A DNA stretch of 21,186 nucleotides from Bdellovibrionia bacterium (lineage in GTDB: Bacteria > Bdellovibrionota > UBA1018), in contig JBJMMA010000095.1 of assembly GCA_045805065.1 (NCBI GenBank), forward strand, positions 1 to 21,186. The letters are read 5' to 3'. Positions 1 through 11,503 of this stretch are shown here, piece by piece. Within the stretch, counting starts at the first letter, position 1. Every line of letters begins with the position of its first letter. The position numbers were made by a program, and so were the translations under genes. Under the pieces are notes generated by a model. The model had not been told where the DNA came from and searched no databases. It was given only the letters and a program-made list of their open reading frames with translations.

Positions 1-126
1 CGCGACGGCACCAAGTTCGAGAGAATGTTCGAGCTGAGCGATGTCCTCTGGAAAATCCGAGAACGCGTCGAGAAGGACATTGAATTGCCGGGCCATCCTC
101 GCGAAAAAATCATGGCGACGCTGTGA
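1..126 (+). pseudogene. Truncated bacterial type IB DNA topoisomerase fragment (5' part outside window)
   Basis: Frame 1 reads RDGTKFERMFELSDVLWKIRERVEKDIELPGHPREKIMATL then TGA (124-126). This resembles the bacterial TopIB segment RDxxK(F/Y)xRM...LPxIRxxVxxDL..PGLPREKVLA(T/A)V that normally precedes the catalytic IRVGN motif. Not in the supplied ORF track. Confidence 0.7.
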
Positions 127-283
127 TCAAGAAGAGGAGTGCCGGCATCGTTCAGGAGCTGTCCCTGGTAGGTATACGTCTGTGCGTTCTCTCCAGCAGC
201 GAAAGCGAGAGAAGGAAAGAGTGTCAGGGCAAGGGCGGTAGTTGAGGCAATCTTCAACAGTGATGTCTTCATGGGAATCAGCC

Positions 284-2911
<2,628 letters not shown>

Positions 2912-2989
2912 GGATCGCCTCACCTCAAAGTTAAAGTTGAGTGAAGAAGATCGTGATGCTCGCGCTATTCAACTTGGGTCTTGCTATTA

Positions 2990-3016
2990 TTATCGTCTAA
3001 TTCCAATAATAATTGA
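2990..3016 (-). promoter_or_regulatory. Putative sigma28 (FliA) promoter of the adhesin gene
   Basis: Minus strand TCAA-N15-GACGATAA versus consensus TAAA-N15-GCCGATAA, in an AT-rich intergenic region about 80 nt upstream of the ATG. Confidence 0.55.
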
Positions 3017-3208
3017 CCAAAAATGTCCTATATAATAACGTTGAGATTTCAGCTGGTTAGTAATATTTGTTAAGATAAATTTAATTAGTGACGAATTTTC
3101 CCTGGTTTAGCTGGCGCCTTTTCATAGGATACACAAGGGACACACAAGCCCCTGCACTCCAGCAAGTGGAGCTCAAGGCAAAACCTTCAGAGAGAGAAAG
3201 TAAGCAGA

Positions 3209-3448
3209 TTAATTGGAGAGAGGCAGAAGATCGTCGAGATCGTTGTCGCTGCCGGCAGCTTTTGGCTGTTCAGCAAGGACTTTTCCTGCTGCGATTTCGC
3301 GCAAGGAAGTGACGATCACGCGGTTCTTGCTCTTCACGAGGGGTTCAGAACCCTTGTAAAGCTGGCGAGCACGCTTGGTAGCAAGGTGAACCAGTTCGTA
3401 CATGTTATCAACGTAATCCAAACAATCTTCAATTGTAACGCGTGCCAT
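3209..3448 (-). CDS. rpoZ: RNA polymerase omega subunit
   Basis: [10 protein letters not shown]...[16 protein letters not shown]...SLREIAAGK, typical RpoZ. Confidence 0.97.
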   Translation of the reverse strand: MARVTIEDCLDYVDNMYELVHLATKRARQLYKGSEPLVKSKNRVIVTSLREIAAGKVLAEQPKAAGSDNDLDDLLPLSN

Positions 3449-3455
3449 ACTAGCG

Positions 3456-3484
3456 AATTAACCTAAACGAGGGGGCCACGTCAA
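3456..3484 (-). promoter_or_regulatory. Putative sigma70 promoter of rpoZ (possibly leaderless transcript)
   Basis: TTGACG-N17-TTAATT, then 7 nt to the ATG; no Shine-Dalgarno visible. The -10 is imperfect. Confidence 0.4.
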
Positions 3485-3513
3485 GGACTGCCTCAAAATG
3501 TAACGCTACGCGT

Positions 3514-5361
3514 CTAACTGTAGAGACTCTCCAGCTCTTTGTTGTAGCGCTCGTAGATGACTTTTCTTCGGACTTTCAGGGAATGAGTGAGCTCGCCACC
3601 TTCGACCGAAAAGTCGTGGGGAAGGATGATGAATTTCCGGATCCGCTCATAGGTTGCCAGGTGGCGATTGACCTCATCGAGAGTCTTCTCCACCCAGGAG
3701 AGGATCTTAGGATTTTTGATCAAGCCCGGGATGTCGCTGAACAGGATATGGTGGGAGTTGGCGTAATCGATCAAAGTTTCCTTATCGAGCGTCACCAGAG
3801 CGGTCAGATAACTTTTGCGATCCCCATAAACCACGATCTCATGGATCGGTTTGGTGGTCTTGGCAATGGACTCGACCTTTTGTGGCGCAATCTTTTTGCC
3901 GGTGCTTGTGACGATGAGGTCTTTCTTTCGCTCGGTGATGTGCAGATAGCCATCCCGATCGAGATGGCCAACATCACCGGTGTGAAACCAGCCTCCTTTG
4001 CCACCTTCAAACGAGCGAGCGGTTTCTTCCGGGTCCTTGTAATAGCCGCTGAAGAGCTTTCGAGACTGAAGAAGGATCTCACCATCTTCAGCGATTTTTA
4101 CGGACACATCTTTCAAAGGCTTTCCAACCGTCCCAAAGCGCGGGTGATCGGGATCGTTCAAGGTCACTGGAGCGCAAGTTTCCGTAAGACCGTAGCCCTC
4201 TAAAATGCGAATGCCTGCGATTTCGAAAAATTCACCCAGCTCTTGGGGAAGAGGTGCGCCCCCGCAAATGGCGTAGCGTAGTTTTCCGCCAAAACGATCG
4301 GTGATGTGCTTGAAGACCATCGTCTTTGCAAAAAAATACTTTCCAGTGACCTTCAGAGAAGGCGATTTTCTGTTCCAATACGCTTCATGATACTGACGGC
4401 CCGTGCTCAAGGCCTCGTCGAATAGTTTTCTGCTGACATAGTTTTCAGCAACGACTGCCGCCATGATCTGGGCGTAGGCTTTTTCAAAAATTCTAGGCAC
4501 CGCAAAAAGAAGCGTGGGCTTGATCTCCAGTAAGTCTTGCGGCAGTCGATCGGGATTCTCAGAGAAAGCCATTTTTCCGCCGATCGAATACAGAATCATG
4601 CTCTGAAGGCGGCCCAGGACATGGGAGAAAGGCAGAAACGCAAGCATCACTTCGCGATCCGAGCGAATGCGGCTTCTCATGCGATCCAGGCAATCCTCAA
4701 TCACGCTCATGAGATTGTCATGAGTCAGCGGAACGCCTTTGGACTCGCCCGTGGTTCCGGTCGTGTAAGCGAGAGTGAAAAGGTCCTCAGGCTTTGCAGC
4801 AGAGAGATTCTCATCAAAGCGCAGAGGGTTTTTGCCTTCTTCGCGTCGACCGAGTTCCTGGAGCGCCCCAATCGTCATGACATCGCGGATGTTCTGCTGA
4901 GGATTCACGGCCAGTCGCATTGCTTGAGGATCAAGCACGATGATCCGCTCAAGGCCTGGAAGAAGATTTGGGTTTTCCGCGCGCGCATTCAAAAGCTTCT
5001 CAAGCTGAGTAGAGTCCTCTAAAAAAGCAACGCGTGCTTCGGAGTGAGCAAGAACTCTTCCCGCCTCTTTTTCCGTGCAAGACGGATAGAGCGGAACGGT
5101 GACGCCGCGTGCGCCTAAGATCGCCATATCAAGCACGGACCATTCAAGCCGCGTGTGCGAGATCAAGGCGACGCGATCGCCTGGGCGAAGTCCCAGGCTC
5201 ATCAGGCCATAAGAGATGATTCTCACCTGATTATAGAACTCGCGATAGGTGATCTCTCTCCACTCGCCAGCTTGTCGGTATTGGAATCCGATTTGATCCG
5301 ATGAGCTTTTTACTCGTGCCAGGAAAATTTCAGTGATGGTCTTGCGCTGGATGAATGGCAT
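3514..5361 (-). CDS. fadD: Long-chain fatty acid-CoA ligase (AMP-dependent synthetase)
   Basis: YTTGTTGESKG AMP-binding loop, GGAPL, EGYGLTET, WFHTGDVG, RKKDLIVTSTGKKIAP, GELTHSLKVRR. Confidence 0.9.
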   Translation of the reverse strand: MPFIQRKTITEIFLARVKSSSDQIGFQYRQAGEWREITYREFYNQVRIISYGLMSLGLRPGDRVALISHTRLEWSVLDMAILGARGVTVPLYPSCTEKEAGRVLAHSEARVAFLEDSTQLEKLLNARAENPNLLPGLERIIVLDPQAMRLAVNPQQNIRDVMTIGALQELGRREEGKNPLRFDENLSAAKPEDLFTLAYTTGTTGESKGVPLTHDNLMSVIEDCLDRMRSRIRSDREVMLAFLPFSHVLGRLQSMILYSIGGKMAFSENPDRLPQDLLEIKPTLLFAVPRIFEKAYAQIMAAVVAENYVSRKLFDEALSTGRQYHEAYWNRKSPSLKVTGKYFFAKTMVFKHITDRFGGKLRYAICGGAPLPQELGEFFEIAGIRILEGYGLTETCAPVTLNDPDHPRFGTVGKPLKDVSVKIAEDGEILLQSRKLFSGYYKDPEETARSFEGGKGGWFHTGDVGHLDRDGYLHITERKKDLIVTSTGKKIAPQKVESIAKTTKPIHEIVVYGDRKSYLTALVTLDKETLIDYANSHHILFSDIPGLIKNPKILSWVEKTLDEVNRHLATYERIRKFIILPHDFSVEGGELTHSLKVRRKVIYERYNKELESLYS

Positions 5362-5369
5362 GAGGTCTT

Positions 5370-5873
5370 TTAATCTTCGTCGTACCGACTTGCTTTGCGG
5401 GCGTGGGCCATTTCGCGCTCGGCAGACTTTTTCTTCAGATCCTCGCGCTTGTCATATTTCTTTTTGCCTCGACCCAGTCCCAGCTCGAGTTTGACCTTGC
5501 CTTGCTTGAAGTAAATCCGCGTCGGAATCACGGTCAGGCCTTTTTGCGTGATGGAGCCAAAGATTTTCTCAATCTGATGGCCGTGCAAAAGGAGTTTCCG
5601 CTTTCTCACCGGGTCATGGTTCCAGATATTGCCGTAGGCGTAGGGCGCGATGTGAGCGTTCAGGAGCCAAGCCTCGAGGCTTCCTCCGCTTCTTCTGACT
5701 TCAACAAAAGAGTCGCGAAGATTGGGCGATTGAACGCGCAGGCTTTTGACTTCTGTTCCCGTGAGCACCACGCCGGCCTCAACGACTTCGTCGATGAAGT
5801 AATTGGCGTGAGCCAGAGGATTCGTGGCGATGAGCTTTTCGCCTTGGGCTTTAGTTGCAGCGGCTGCGGCCAT
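5370..5873 (-). CDS. smpB: SsrA-binding protein
   Basis: EAGVVLTGTEVKSLR, RKRKLLLH, GRGKKKYDKRE. Confidence 0.97.
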   Translation of the reverse strand: MAAAAATKAQGEKLIATNPLAHANYFIDEVVEAGVVLTGTEVKSLRVQSPNLRDSFVEVRRSGGSLEAWLLNAHIAPYAYGNIWNHDPVRKRKLLLHGHQIEKIFGSITQKGLTVIPTRIYFKQGKVKLELGLGRGKKKYDKREDLKKKSAEREMAHARKASRYDED

Positions 5874-5881
5874 GATGGGGC

Positions 5882-6571
5882 TTAGACCCTTTCCCCCGTA
5901 TCACTTGCCACTGGAGCAGGTGTAGGCTCGCTTTGCGCAATTCCCAGCGAGAGAATGTTTTTAAAGGCTTCCTCGACCGTCATGTAAGATTCGCGGACTT
6001 CGCTCTCAGGCACGATCAGGAAAAAACCTGAGGTCGGATTCGGGGTTGTCGGAACATAAACGTTAAGGTGGCGCTCGGTTGCAGAAAAAGCACGCGCAGG
6101 ACCGGTGACAAACGCAAGCGTCCACATGCCACGGCGAGGGTACTCGACATAAACCACGCGGCTGAATTGCTGTCCGCCGTCTGCGGCGATCGTGCGCAAA
6201 AGCTGATCCAGGGCGCTGTACACGCTGCGGATCACTGGAATGTGATTGATGATGTCGCCGAAGAACTCGATGATCTTGCGACCAAAGAAATGCTTTGAGG
6301 CCCAGCCAAGCGTTGAGATGCCAAAAGCTGCGGCAGCAAGTACGCCCAGGGTAAAAGCAACATTGATCAGCATGAACAAGGCTTGATCATCTGCCACATC
6401 AGGCGGCATCAAGCCCCGAGGCAAAAGTCCATGCAGGCGCCAGATGGCCTCAAAAAGGGAGAGCAAGATCCAACCAATGACTCCAAAAGGAATCAGAACA
6501 AGCATTCCGGCAAGGAAGTAGCTCTTGAGGAGTCGGATTGGATTAGGAAGGGGCCTGCGAATAGGGGTCAT
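5882..6571 (-). CDS. DUF502 family membrane protein
   Basis: YFLAGMLVLIP and two hydrophobic segments, IPVIRSVY, VEYPRRG, VYVPTTPNPTSGF. Start placed at ATG 6571, which forms an ATGA overlap with the rsmA stop. Confidence 0.88.
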   Translation of the reverse strand: MTPIRRPLPNPIRLLKSYFLAGMLVLIPFGVIGWILLSLFEAIWRLHGLLPRGLMPPDVADDQALFMLINVAFTLGVLAAAAFGISTLGWASKHFFGRKIIEFFGDIINHIPVIRSVYSALDQLLRTIAADGGQQFSRVVYVEYPRRGMWTLAFVTGPARAFSATERHLNVYVPTTPNPTSGFFLIVPESEVRESYMTVEEAFKNILSLGIAQSEPTPAPVASDTGERV

Positions 6572-7395
6572 GAAGTCACACTGAGAAGCGCTTGGTAAAA
6601 ACGGGACCATTCATCCCAATTGAGCGCTTCAGCTCTTTTTGTACCATCTAGGCCGGATCGCTCCAAGGCGTTTCTGAAAGGCTCAGGCAGGCTCGAGCGA
6701 AGCATCTTGCGGCGATGCGCGAAAGAGGTCTTGAGAAGTGAGTCCCAGAGCTTTCGCTCTCTTTCGCCTTTTCCGACCGCGACATAAGGATTGGCTCGTG
6801 GCGTAAGAACCACCACTTCCGAATCCACATCGGGCGGCGGAGCAAACGCGCCAGGCGGAACGGCGCAGAGCTTTCTGACTTCCCACTGGTTTTGAATCCA
6901 GATGGAGAGGCTTCCCCAGGATTTGGTACCGGGCTCGGCTCTCAGGCGTTGCGCCACTTCGGCCTGAAACATGAGAACCATGATGGTAATCTTGTCAGGA
7001 TGTTCGGCTAAACGAACGACAATCGCAGTGCCTGCGGAGTAAGGCAGGTTGGATGCGACAGCCAGCGGCGTGCGTGCAAGCCAGGTGCTCTCGGGAAGCT
7101 CCAGAAAATCGCCTTCTGCGACTTCCAGATCTTTCTCCATATGAGCGCGCACGCGCCATTGAGCGGCAAGCTCACGGTCACGCTCGCTGAGAAGCATGGG
7201 AAGATGAGGTGACTTGGCTTTGAGCTCATCCAGTAAAAGATCGGTAATCGCGCCTTTACCCGGTCCGATTTCAAGAAGTGCGACAGAGCCGCGTTCATGT
7301 GCGCCTTGAACTGCCGTTTGCGCAATCAGCGTGGCGATGGATTTGTCTCTGAGGAAGTGCTGTCCCAGTGCGCGGCGTTTGCCGAAGGCAGGCAT
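6568..7395 (-). CDS. rsmA: 16S rRNA m6,2A1518/1519 dimethyltransferase (KsgA)
   Basis: LGQHFL, LEIGPGKG, SNLPY, MFQAEVAQRL, FAPPPDVDS, FAHRRKML. Confidence 0.96.
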   Translation of the reverse strand: MPAFGKRRALGQHFLRDKSIATLIAQTAVQGAHERGSVALLEIGPGKGAITDLLLDELKAKSPHLPMLLSERDRELAAQWRVRAHMEKDLEVAEGDFLELPESTWLARTPLAVASNLPYSAGTAIVVRLAEHPDKITIMVLMFQAEVAQRLRAEPGTKSWGSLSIWIQNQWEVRKLCAVPPGAFAPPPDVDSEVVVLTPRANPYVAVGKGERERKLWDSLLKTSFAHRRKMLRSSLPEPFRNALERSGLDGTKRAEALNWDEWSRFYQALLSVTS

Positions 7396-7426
7396 TGTCT
7401 TTTGCTTCCTTTCAGTAAGGGGTTGG

Positions 7427-8521
7427 TCAGGAAAGTGGGTTTGCGACTGCGTTCAGCATCAAGGCTTCATGCGCATTCAGGGCGCGGCCTTGTTTGAGTC
7501 GATAATATCCGGCTGCCGCAATCATCGCGGCGTTGTCCGTGCAATAGCTCATTTTCGGGAAAAGCGGTGGAACGGCAAAGCCATTCTTCTTCCATTCCTC
7601 ATCCAGTCTTCCGCGGAGCCGGCTGTTGGCGGCCACGCCGCCTACGATCGCAAGCGATTTGCAGCGATTCTCACGAGCGGCGAGGAAGATCTTGGTCAAG
7701 AGCGCATCGACGATCGCTTCTTGCAGAGAGGCGCAAAGGTCAGGTAGGCTTTGCTCAAGCGTGCCTGCTTTTCGAAGCTTTTCAGCTTGAACAGCCACTG
7801 CCGTTTTCAAGCCACTGAACGAGAAATCAAAGGTCGCCTTTTGGGGAAGCGCGCGCGGAAAATCAAAAGCATCACGCTTACCATTCTTTCCAATCTTATC
7901 GATCCAGACGCCACCCGGATAAGGGAAGCCCAAGACCTTGGCCGTTTTATCAAAGGCCTCGCCCGCAGCATCATCACGTGAGCGACCCACCAGGGAGGAC
8001 GCCAGAAAGTCCGTCGGCCAATCCGAGGGATGAGAGCGCATGACGTATAAATTGGTATGGCCGCCGGAGACAATCGCAAGAAGCATTGGGAGCGGAAGCT
8101 CTTCGTTTGCATCTCGGTCCAGAAAAACACTGGCCGCATGACCTTCCAGGTGATGGACAGCAGCAAGCGGTTTCTTCCAGGCGTAAGCCAGAGATTTTGC
8201 GGCGCTTACTCCAACAAGCAGGGCGCCTACAAGTCCTGGGCGGTTGGTCACTGCGATTCCATCGATCTGATCGCGTGCATCGGCTGGCGAAATGCCCGCG
8301 TCCCTGAGCGCCTGATCGATCATGGGATTGACGGACTCCAGATGGTTTCGCGATGCGATCTCTGGGACCACGCCTCCGTACGGGCGATGGATTTCGATTT
8401 GTGAGAAAGTCGCTACGCTCAGAACGCGCGGAGTTCCGCCTTCCGCACGGATCACGGCGGCGCTGCATTCGTCACAAGATGTCTCTATGCCTAAAATGGT
8501 CTTCCCTAAAATCGTATTCAA
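7427..8521 (-). CDS. tsaD: tRNA N6-adenosine threonylcarbamoyltransferase
   Basis: LGIETSCDE, YGGVVPEIASRNH, HHLEGH, SGGHT, DDAAGEAFDK, GGVAAN, CTDNAAMIA; TTG start. Confidence 0.97.
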   Translation of the reverse strand: MNTILGKTILGIETSCDECSAAVIRAEGGTPRVLSVATFSQIEIHRPYGGVVPEIASRNHLESVNPMIDQALRDAGISPADARDQIDGIAVTNRPGLVGALLVGVSAAKSLAYAWKKPLAAVHHLEGHAASVFLDRDANEELPLPMLLAIVSGGHTNLYVMRSHPSDWPTDFLASSLVGRSRDDAAGEAFDKTAKVLGFPYPGGVWIDKIGKNGKRDAFDFPRALPQKATFDFSFSGLKTAVAVQAEKLRKAGTLEQSLPDLCASLQEAIVDALLTKIFLAARENRCKSLAIVGGVAANSRLRGRLDEEWKKNGFAVPPLFPKMSYCTDNAAMIAAAGYYRLKQGRALNAHEALMLNAVANPLS

Positions 8522-8528
8522 AGTGTCG

Positions 8529-10100
8529 TTACTCGGTGGTGAGCTCGCCGGCTGGGCAAGTCATCTTAGCACGTTTTGCCTCGATGGTCTTCCAATCCGG
8601 ATCGTTGCCCTTATACCACTCTGGAGCCCGTTCGGGGGTATGACATTTCAAGCAAGTCTGCGAAGTATCCACTTGTTTGGAATAAGTGCCGGTAAAAGGG
8701 TGACCTTGACCCGGCTGATGGCAGTTTTCGCACTGAACCGGCGCAAACGAGCGGGAAAGGCTGTTGAGGCTCTGCCTGAGTGGCTGCGCCTGGCCGTTGG
8801 ATCCCAGTTTTACTTGCGTATCGAGCGAGGAGGCCTCGGTCATGGACTTCAAATAAGCATGAAGTTCATCCACAGGCATTGGAGTCGTTTCATCGCCGTG
8901 GCGGATTTCAGCCAGGCGGGTGACAAACTCAAAACCCTTTGGATCACCCAAGCCCACGGTATGGCAGCTTAGGCACTCTTTGTTCTGAGCCTGTTTAGCG
9001 GCAATCAAAGGTTCCATCGCGCGGGCGTGCGGTGTTTTCCGCCAAAACTCAAATTGCTTGAGATGGCACTCAGCACAGCGGGGAAAGGTATGAAACTTCG
9101 TGCTGTTGCCGGAATTGCTGCTGATGAGGCGCGCGCTTTCTTCGGCTTCTTCGCGAGTATTAAGCTCAGCGACGGCGGTTTTGAATTCTTTCACCAGGTC
9201 ATCCATGGCGGATGGCGCTTGAGCAGGGGAGTCGTAACTTGGGTCAAGTCCCACCAGCTTGTAGTTCTCTACATTTAGGGGATGAGTGAGCGGGACCAGG
9301 CCGACGTATTGGTTTCTGAAAGAAGATTGAACGATGAGCGTTTTGCCCACGGTCGGGGGGGCTTGAAGAAAGCTTTGGGTATGCGCGCCCACAATCAAGT
9401 CAATGCCAGGTACTGCTTTTGCCAATGCTTCATCCTGCTCAAGACCCTGATGGGTCAATGCGACGATGTAGTCTGCCTTGGATTTCAGCGCGCTCACTTC
9501 AGCCTTTGCCGCAGCGATTGCGGGGCTTGCCTTAAGATCCTTTGGCCAGTTGAGTTTTTCGCCGACAAGTCCGATCACGGCGACCGTGACAGTTTTCCCG
9601 TTGGTATCTTTACGTTTGAGCAGAAGATGAGGCTCAAAAAGCTTTTTCCCGCTCTTGGCCTTGAGATTGGCTGCAATGAATTTGACCTTGGTCTCTTTCG
9701 TGAGTTTTTGAAAAGTCGAAAGTCCCAGTGCAAAATCTTTCTCGCCCGGCACGGCCGCATCGTGATGCGTTTGATCCATGGCTTTGAGCAGATACTTGGC
9801 CTGAAGCAGGGACTGCTTTTTCAGGGCGTCCGGGAGCTGATCGGTTGAGAAAAGAAGGTCACCGCCATCGAGCTGGATGATTTCTTTGTCATCGGTGCGT
9901 TTGAGAAGGTTTGCCTTGCGAGCCATTCCTCCGAGAGGATTTGTGCGGCAGCCGCAGGGCTCAAGCTCGCCTAAAAGATCATTGGTATGAACGATGGTGA
10001 TCGCGCTTGCAGTCTGTGCTGCAAATGCGCTTCCCATCGCCCATAGAGCGCCACTGAGAGCAAACGATACGAGATGACGAGACTTTAAAAGGCCGATCAC
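8529..10100 (-). CDS. Exported UshA/5'-nucleotidase-like (CxC) domain fused to a tetraheme c554-like cytochrome
   Basis: Signal peptide (AFA); HTNDLLGELEPCGC, GGMAR, DGGD, PGEKD, LTH, GAHTQ; four CxxCH at 9063-9077, 8961-8975, 8718-8732 and 8640-8654. GTG start overlaps the cpoB stop. Confidence 0.85.
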   Translation of the reverse strand: MIGLLKSRHLVSFALSGALWAMGSAFAAQTASAITIVHTNDLLGELEPCGCRTNPLGGMARKANLLKRTDDKEIIQLDGGDLLFSTDQLPDALKKQSLLQAKYLLKAMDQTHHDAAVPGEKDFALGLSTFQKLTKETKVKFIAANLKAKSGKKLFEPHLLLKRKDTNGKTVTVAVIGLVGEKLNWPKDLKASPAIAAAKAEVSALKSKADYIVALTHQGLEQDEALAKAVPGIDLIVGAHTQSFLQAPPTVGKTLIVQSSFRNQYVGLVPLTHPLNVENYKLVGLDPSYDSPAQAPSAMDDLVKEFKTAVAELNTREEAEESARLISSNSGNSTKFHTFPRCAECHLKQFEFWRKTPHARAMEPLIAAKQAQNKECLSCHTVGLGDPKGFEFVTRLAEIRHGDETTPMPVDELHAYLKSMTEASSLDTQVKLGSNGQAQPLRQSLNSLSRSFAPVQCENCHQPGQGHPFTGTYSKQVDTSQTCLKCHTPERAPEWYKGNDPDWKTIEAKRAKMTCPAGELTTE

Positions 10101-10834
10101 CGGATTTTTGCCCGAGCTTTCTTGGCTTCAGGGGACTTTGGAAACTTTTCAACCAGCTCCTGGTAGAAGCCTGAGGCGTCTTCCTTCATTCCCAAAGCTT
10201 CAAAGCTCTGGCCGATTCTGAAAAGAGCCTGAGGCATCACTTTGGAATGCGTATATTGCTCAGGGAATTTGGAGAAGTCGACAATCGCTTTCTTGAATTG
10301 CTTGAGTTGAAAGTAGGACTCGCCGCGAAGGTAAGTCGCTTCTTCCGAGTGCTTGCCTTTCGGCGCCTTGAGGTAAGCGCTCAATTGGTCAATGGCAGCA
10401 TCATAATTTTTGCTGTTGAAGCTTTTCTTTCCGGCTTCGAGCGCGTCCATTGGATCAGCGCTTGGGGCAGGGGCTTCCTGCATCTTCTTGATTGCCTCAA
10501 GCATGTTGGCCTGAGCTTGCTCAAGCTCCGTGATGCGAGTTTCGAGTTTCTTGAGGTCTTCTTTGGTAGGCTGTCCGTTTTGTGACTGAGAACCACGCTC
10601 GAGATCTTCGACGCGTCCATTGAGGCGGGTGATTTCGCCTTTGATCTCATCAATTGCGTAGGCGCCGCGATCTTCGACGTCTTTGATTTGAGCAGGGGTG
10701 CCAGCACCGGATTTGTTCTGGGTTTCAGTGCTTGGCGTGTTGCCTTCTTCTTCCCTGACTTGTGCGCGAGTTTTCAAGCAACTCGTGGCGGAGACCGAGC
10801 AAAGAACCAATAAGACGAGAGCAGTTTTTCTCAT
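10097..10834 (-). CDS. cpoB: Tol-Pal associated coiled-coil/TPR protein CpoB (YbgF), likely lipoprotein
   Basis: Lipobox-like SATSC, N-terminal coiled coil, TPRs (ATYLRGESYF, ALFRIGQSF, LVEKFPKSPEA); downstream of pal. Confidence 0.85.
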   Translation of the reverse strand: MRKTALVLLVLCSVSATSCLKTRAQVREEEGNTPSTETQNKSGAGTPAQIKDVEDRGAYAIDEIKGEITRLNGRVEDLERGSQSQNGQPTKEDLKKLETRITELEQAQANMLEAIKKMQEAPAPSADPMDALEAGKKSFNSKNYDAAIDQLSAYLKAPKGKHSEEATYLRGESYFQLKQFKKAIVDFSKFPEQYTHSKVMPQALFRIGQSFEALGMKEDASGFYQELVEKFPKSPEAKKARAKIR

Positions 10835-10898
10835 AGGTTATTTAAATATGTCACTCTCACGCCGCGAGGGCAATAAGGGACCTATTTATGAACTGCTC

Positions 10899-11468
10899 TT
10901 ATGGAGTGCCAGGAGATGGGACCTGGATATGCGTCGGATTATTGCCGCCGCTTCCGCTCCCACCACTACCACCGCCTGTATTGTCGCCGCCGCCACCGGA
11001 TGGATTTTGGACAGCGCGCTCGTAAGGAGTGCCAGTTGGAGTGGGATAAGCGTAAGGGGATTCGGTTGGAGCGGGTTCAGGATTCGCAGGTGCACCGGAG
11101 TCTATTGCTGACTCGGCGCGTTGTCCTGGGTTTTTGAGAACTTCAAACTCAGCTTGTTCAGCAAGTTTGCGTGCTTTCTTAGCGTAGGATTCCGCTTCTT
11201 CGAAATTCTTATATTTGTACTCAGCCTTTGCCTTCTGCCACCATTCGTTGGCTTCACGGTAGAGGACCGGAGCAATGATATCGGCTTGAGCTTCTTTGGC
11301 TGCCTTCATGGCGGCAGCGGTATCAGACATTTCCTGAACGGGCCGAGTCTTAAAAAGGCTGCAGGAAACGAGAACGGTAAGAGTAGAAAGGACAGCAAGC
11401 GGCTTTGAAAAAGCAAAACGGGAGCCCGTGCTCTTTTGAGGAACTCGGATCTCCCGTTTCTTAAGCAT
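10899..11468 (-). CDS. DUF4398-like helical lipoprotein with Pro/Gly-rich tail
   Basis: Lipobox LVSC, then PVQEMSDTAAAMKAAKEAQA..AP..Y..A...A...ARKLAEQAE. Start uncertain (ATG 11468 or TTG 11495). Confidence 0.7.
   Translation of the reverse strand: MLKKREIRVPQKSTGSRFAFSKPLAVLSTLTVLVSCSLFKTRPVQEMSDTAAAMKAAKEAQADIIAPVLYREANEWWQKAKAEYKYKNFEEAESYAKKARKLAEQAEFEVLKNPGQRAESAIDSGAPANPEPAPTESPYAYPTPTGTPYERAVQNPSGGGGDNTGGGSGGSGSGGNNPTHIQVPSPGTP
11408..11459 (-). terminator. Intrinsic terminator/attenuator-like hairpin downstream of pal
   Basis: Minus strand AAACGGGAG-(ATCCGAGTTCCTC AAAA GAGCACGGG)-CTCCCGTTT, followed by TGCTTTTT. 9-bp perfect outer stem with further inner pairing. Confidence 0.6.
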
Positions 11469-11503
11469 TTTCAAACTCGAAATATCCCTAAGCAATACAA
11501 AGA

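Noticed and set aside
41..241. 66-aa plus-strand ORF
   Set aside because: Out of frame with the TopIB-like reading and has no recognisable motif.
3013..3036. TTGACC...TATAAT on the plus strand
   Set aside because: Spacer is only 12 nt and no plus-strand gene follows; the minus-strand sigma28 reading explains the region better.
3088..3312. 74-aa plus-strand ORF and weak hairpins downstream of rpoZ
   Set aside because: Antisense to rpoZ; stems are short with no adjacent U-tract, so no gene, terminator or riboswitch call is supportable.
5362..5881. tmRNA gene near smpB
   Set aside because: Flanking gaps are only 8 nt each; no room or tRNA-like ends.
9948..9956. Selenocysteine recoding at the CxC motif
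   Set aside because: Both codons are TGC; no in-frame TGA.
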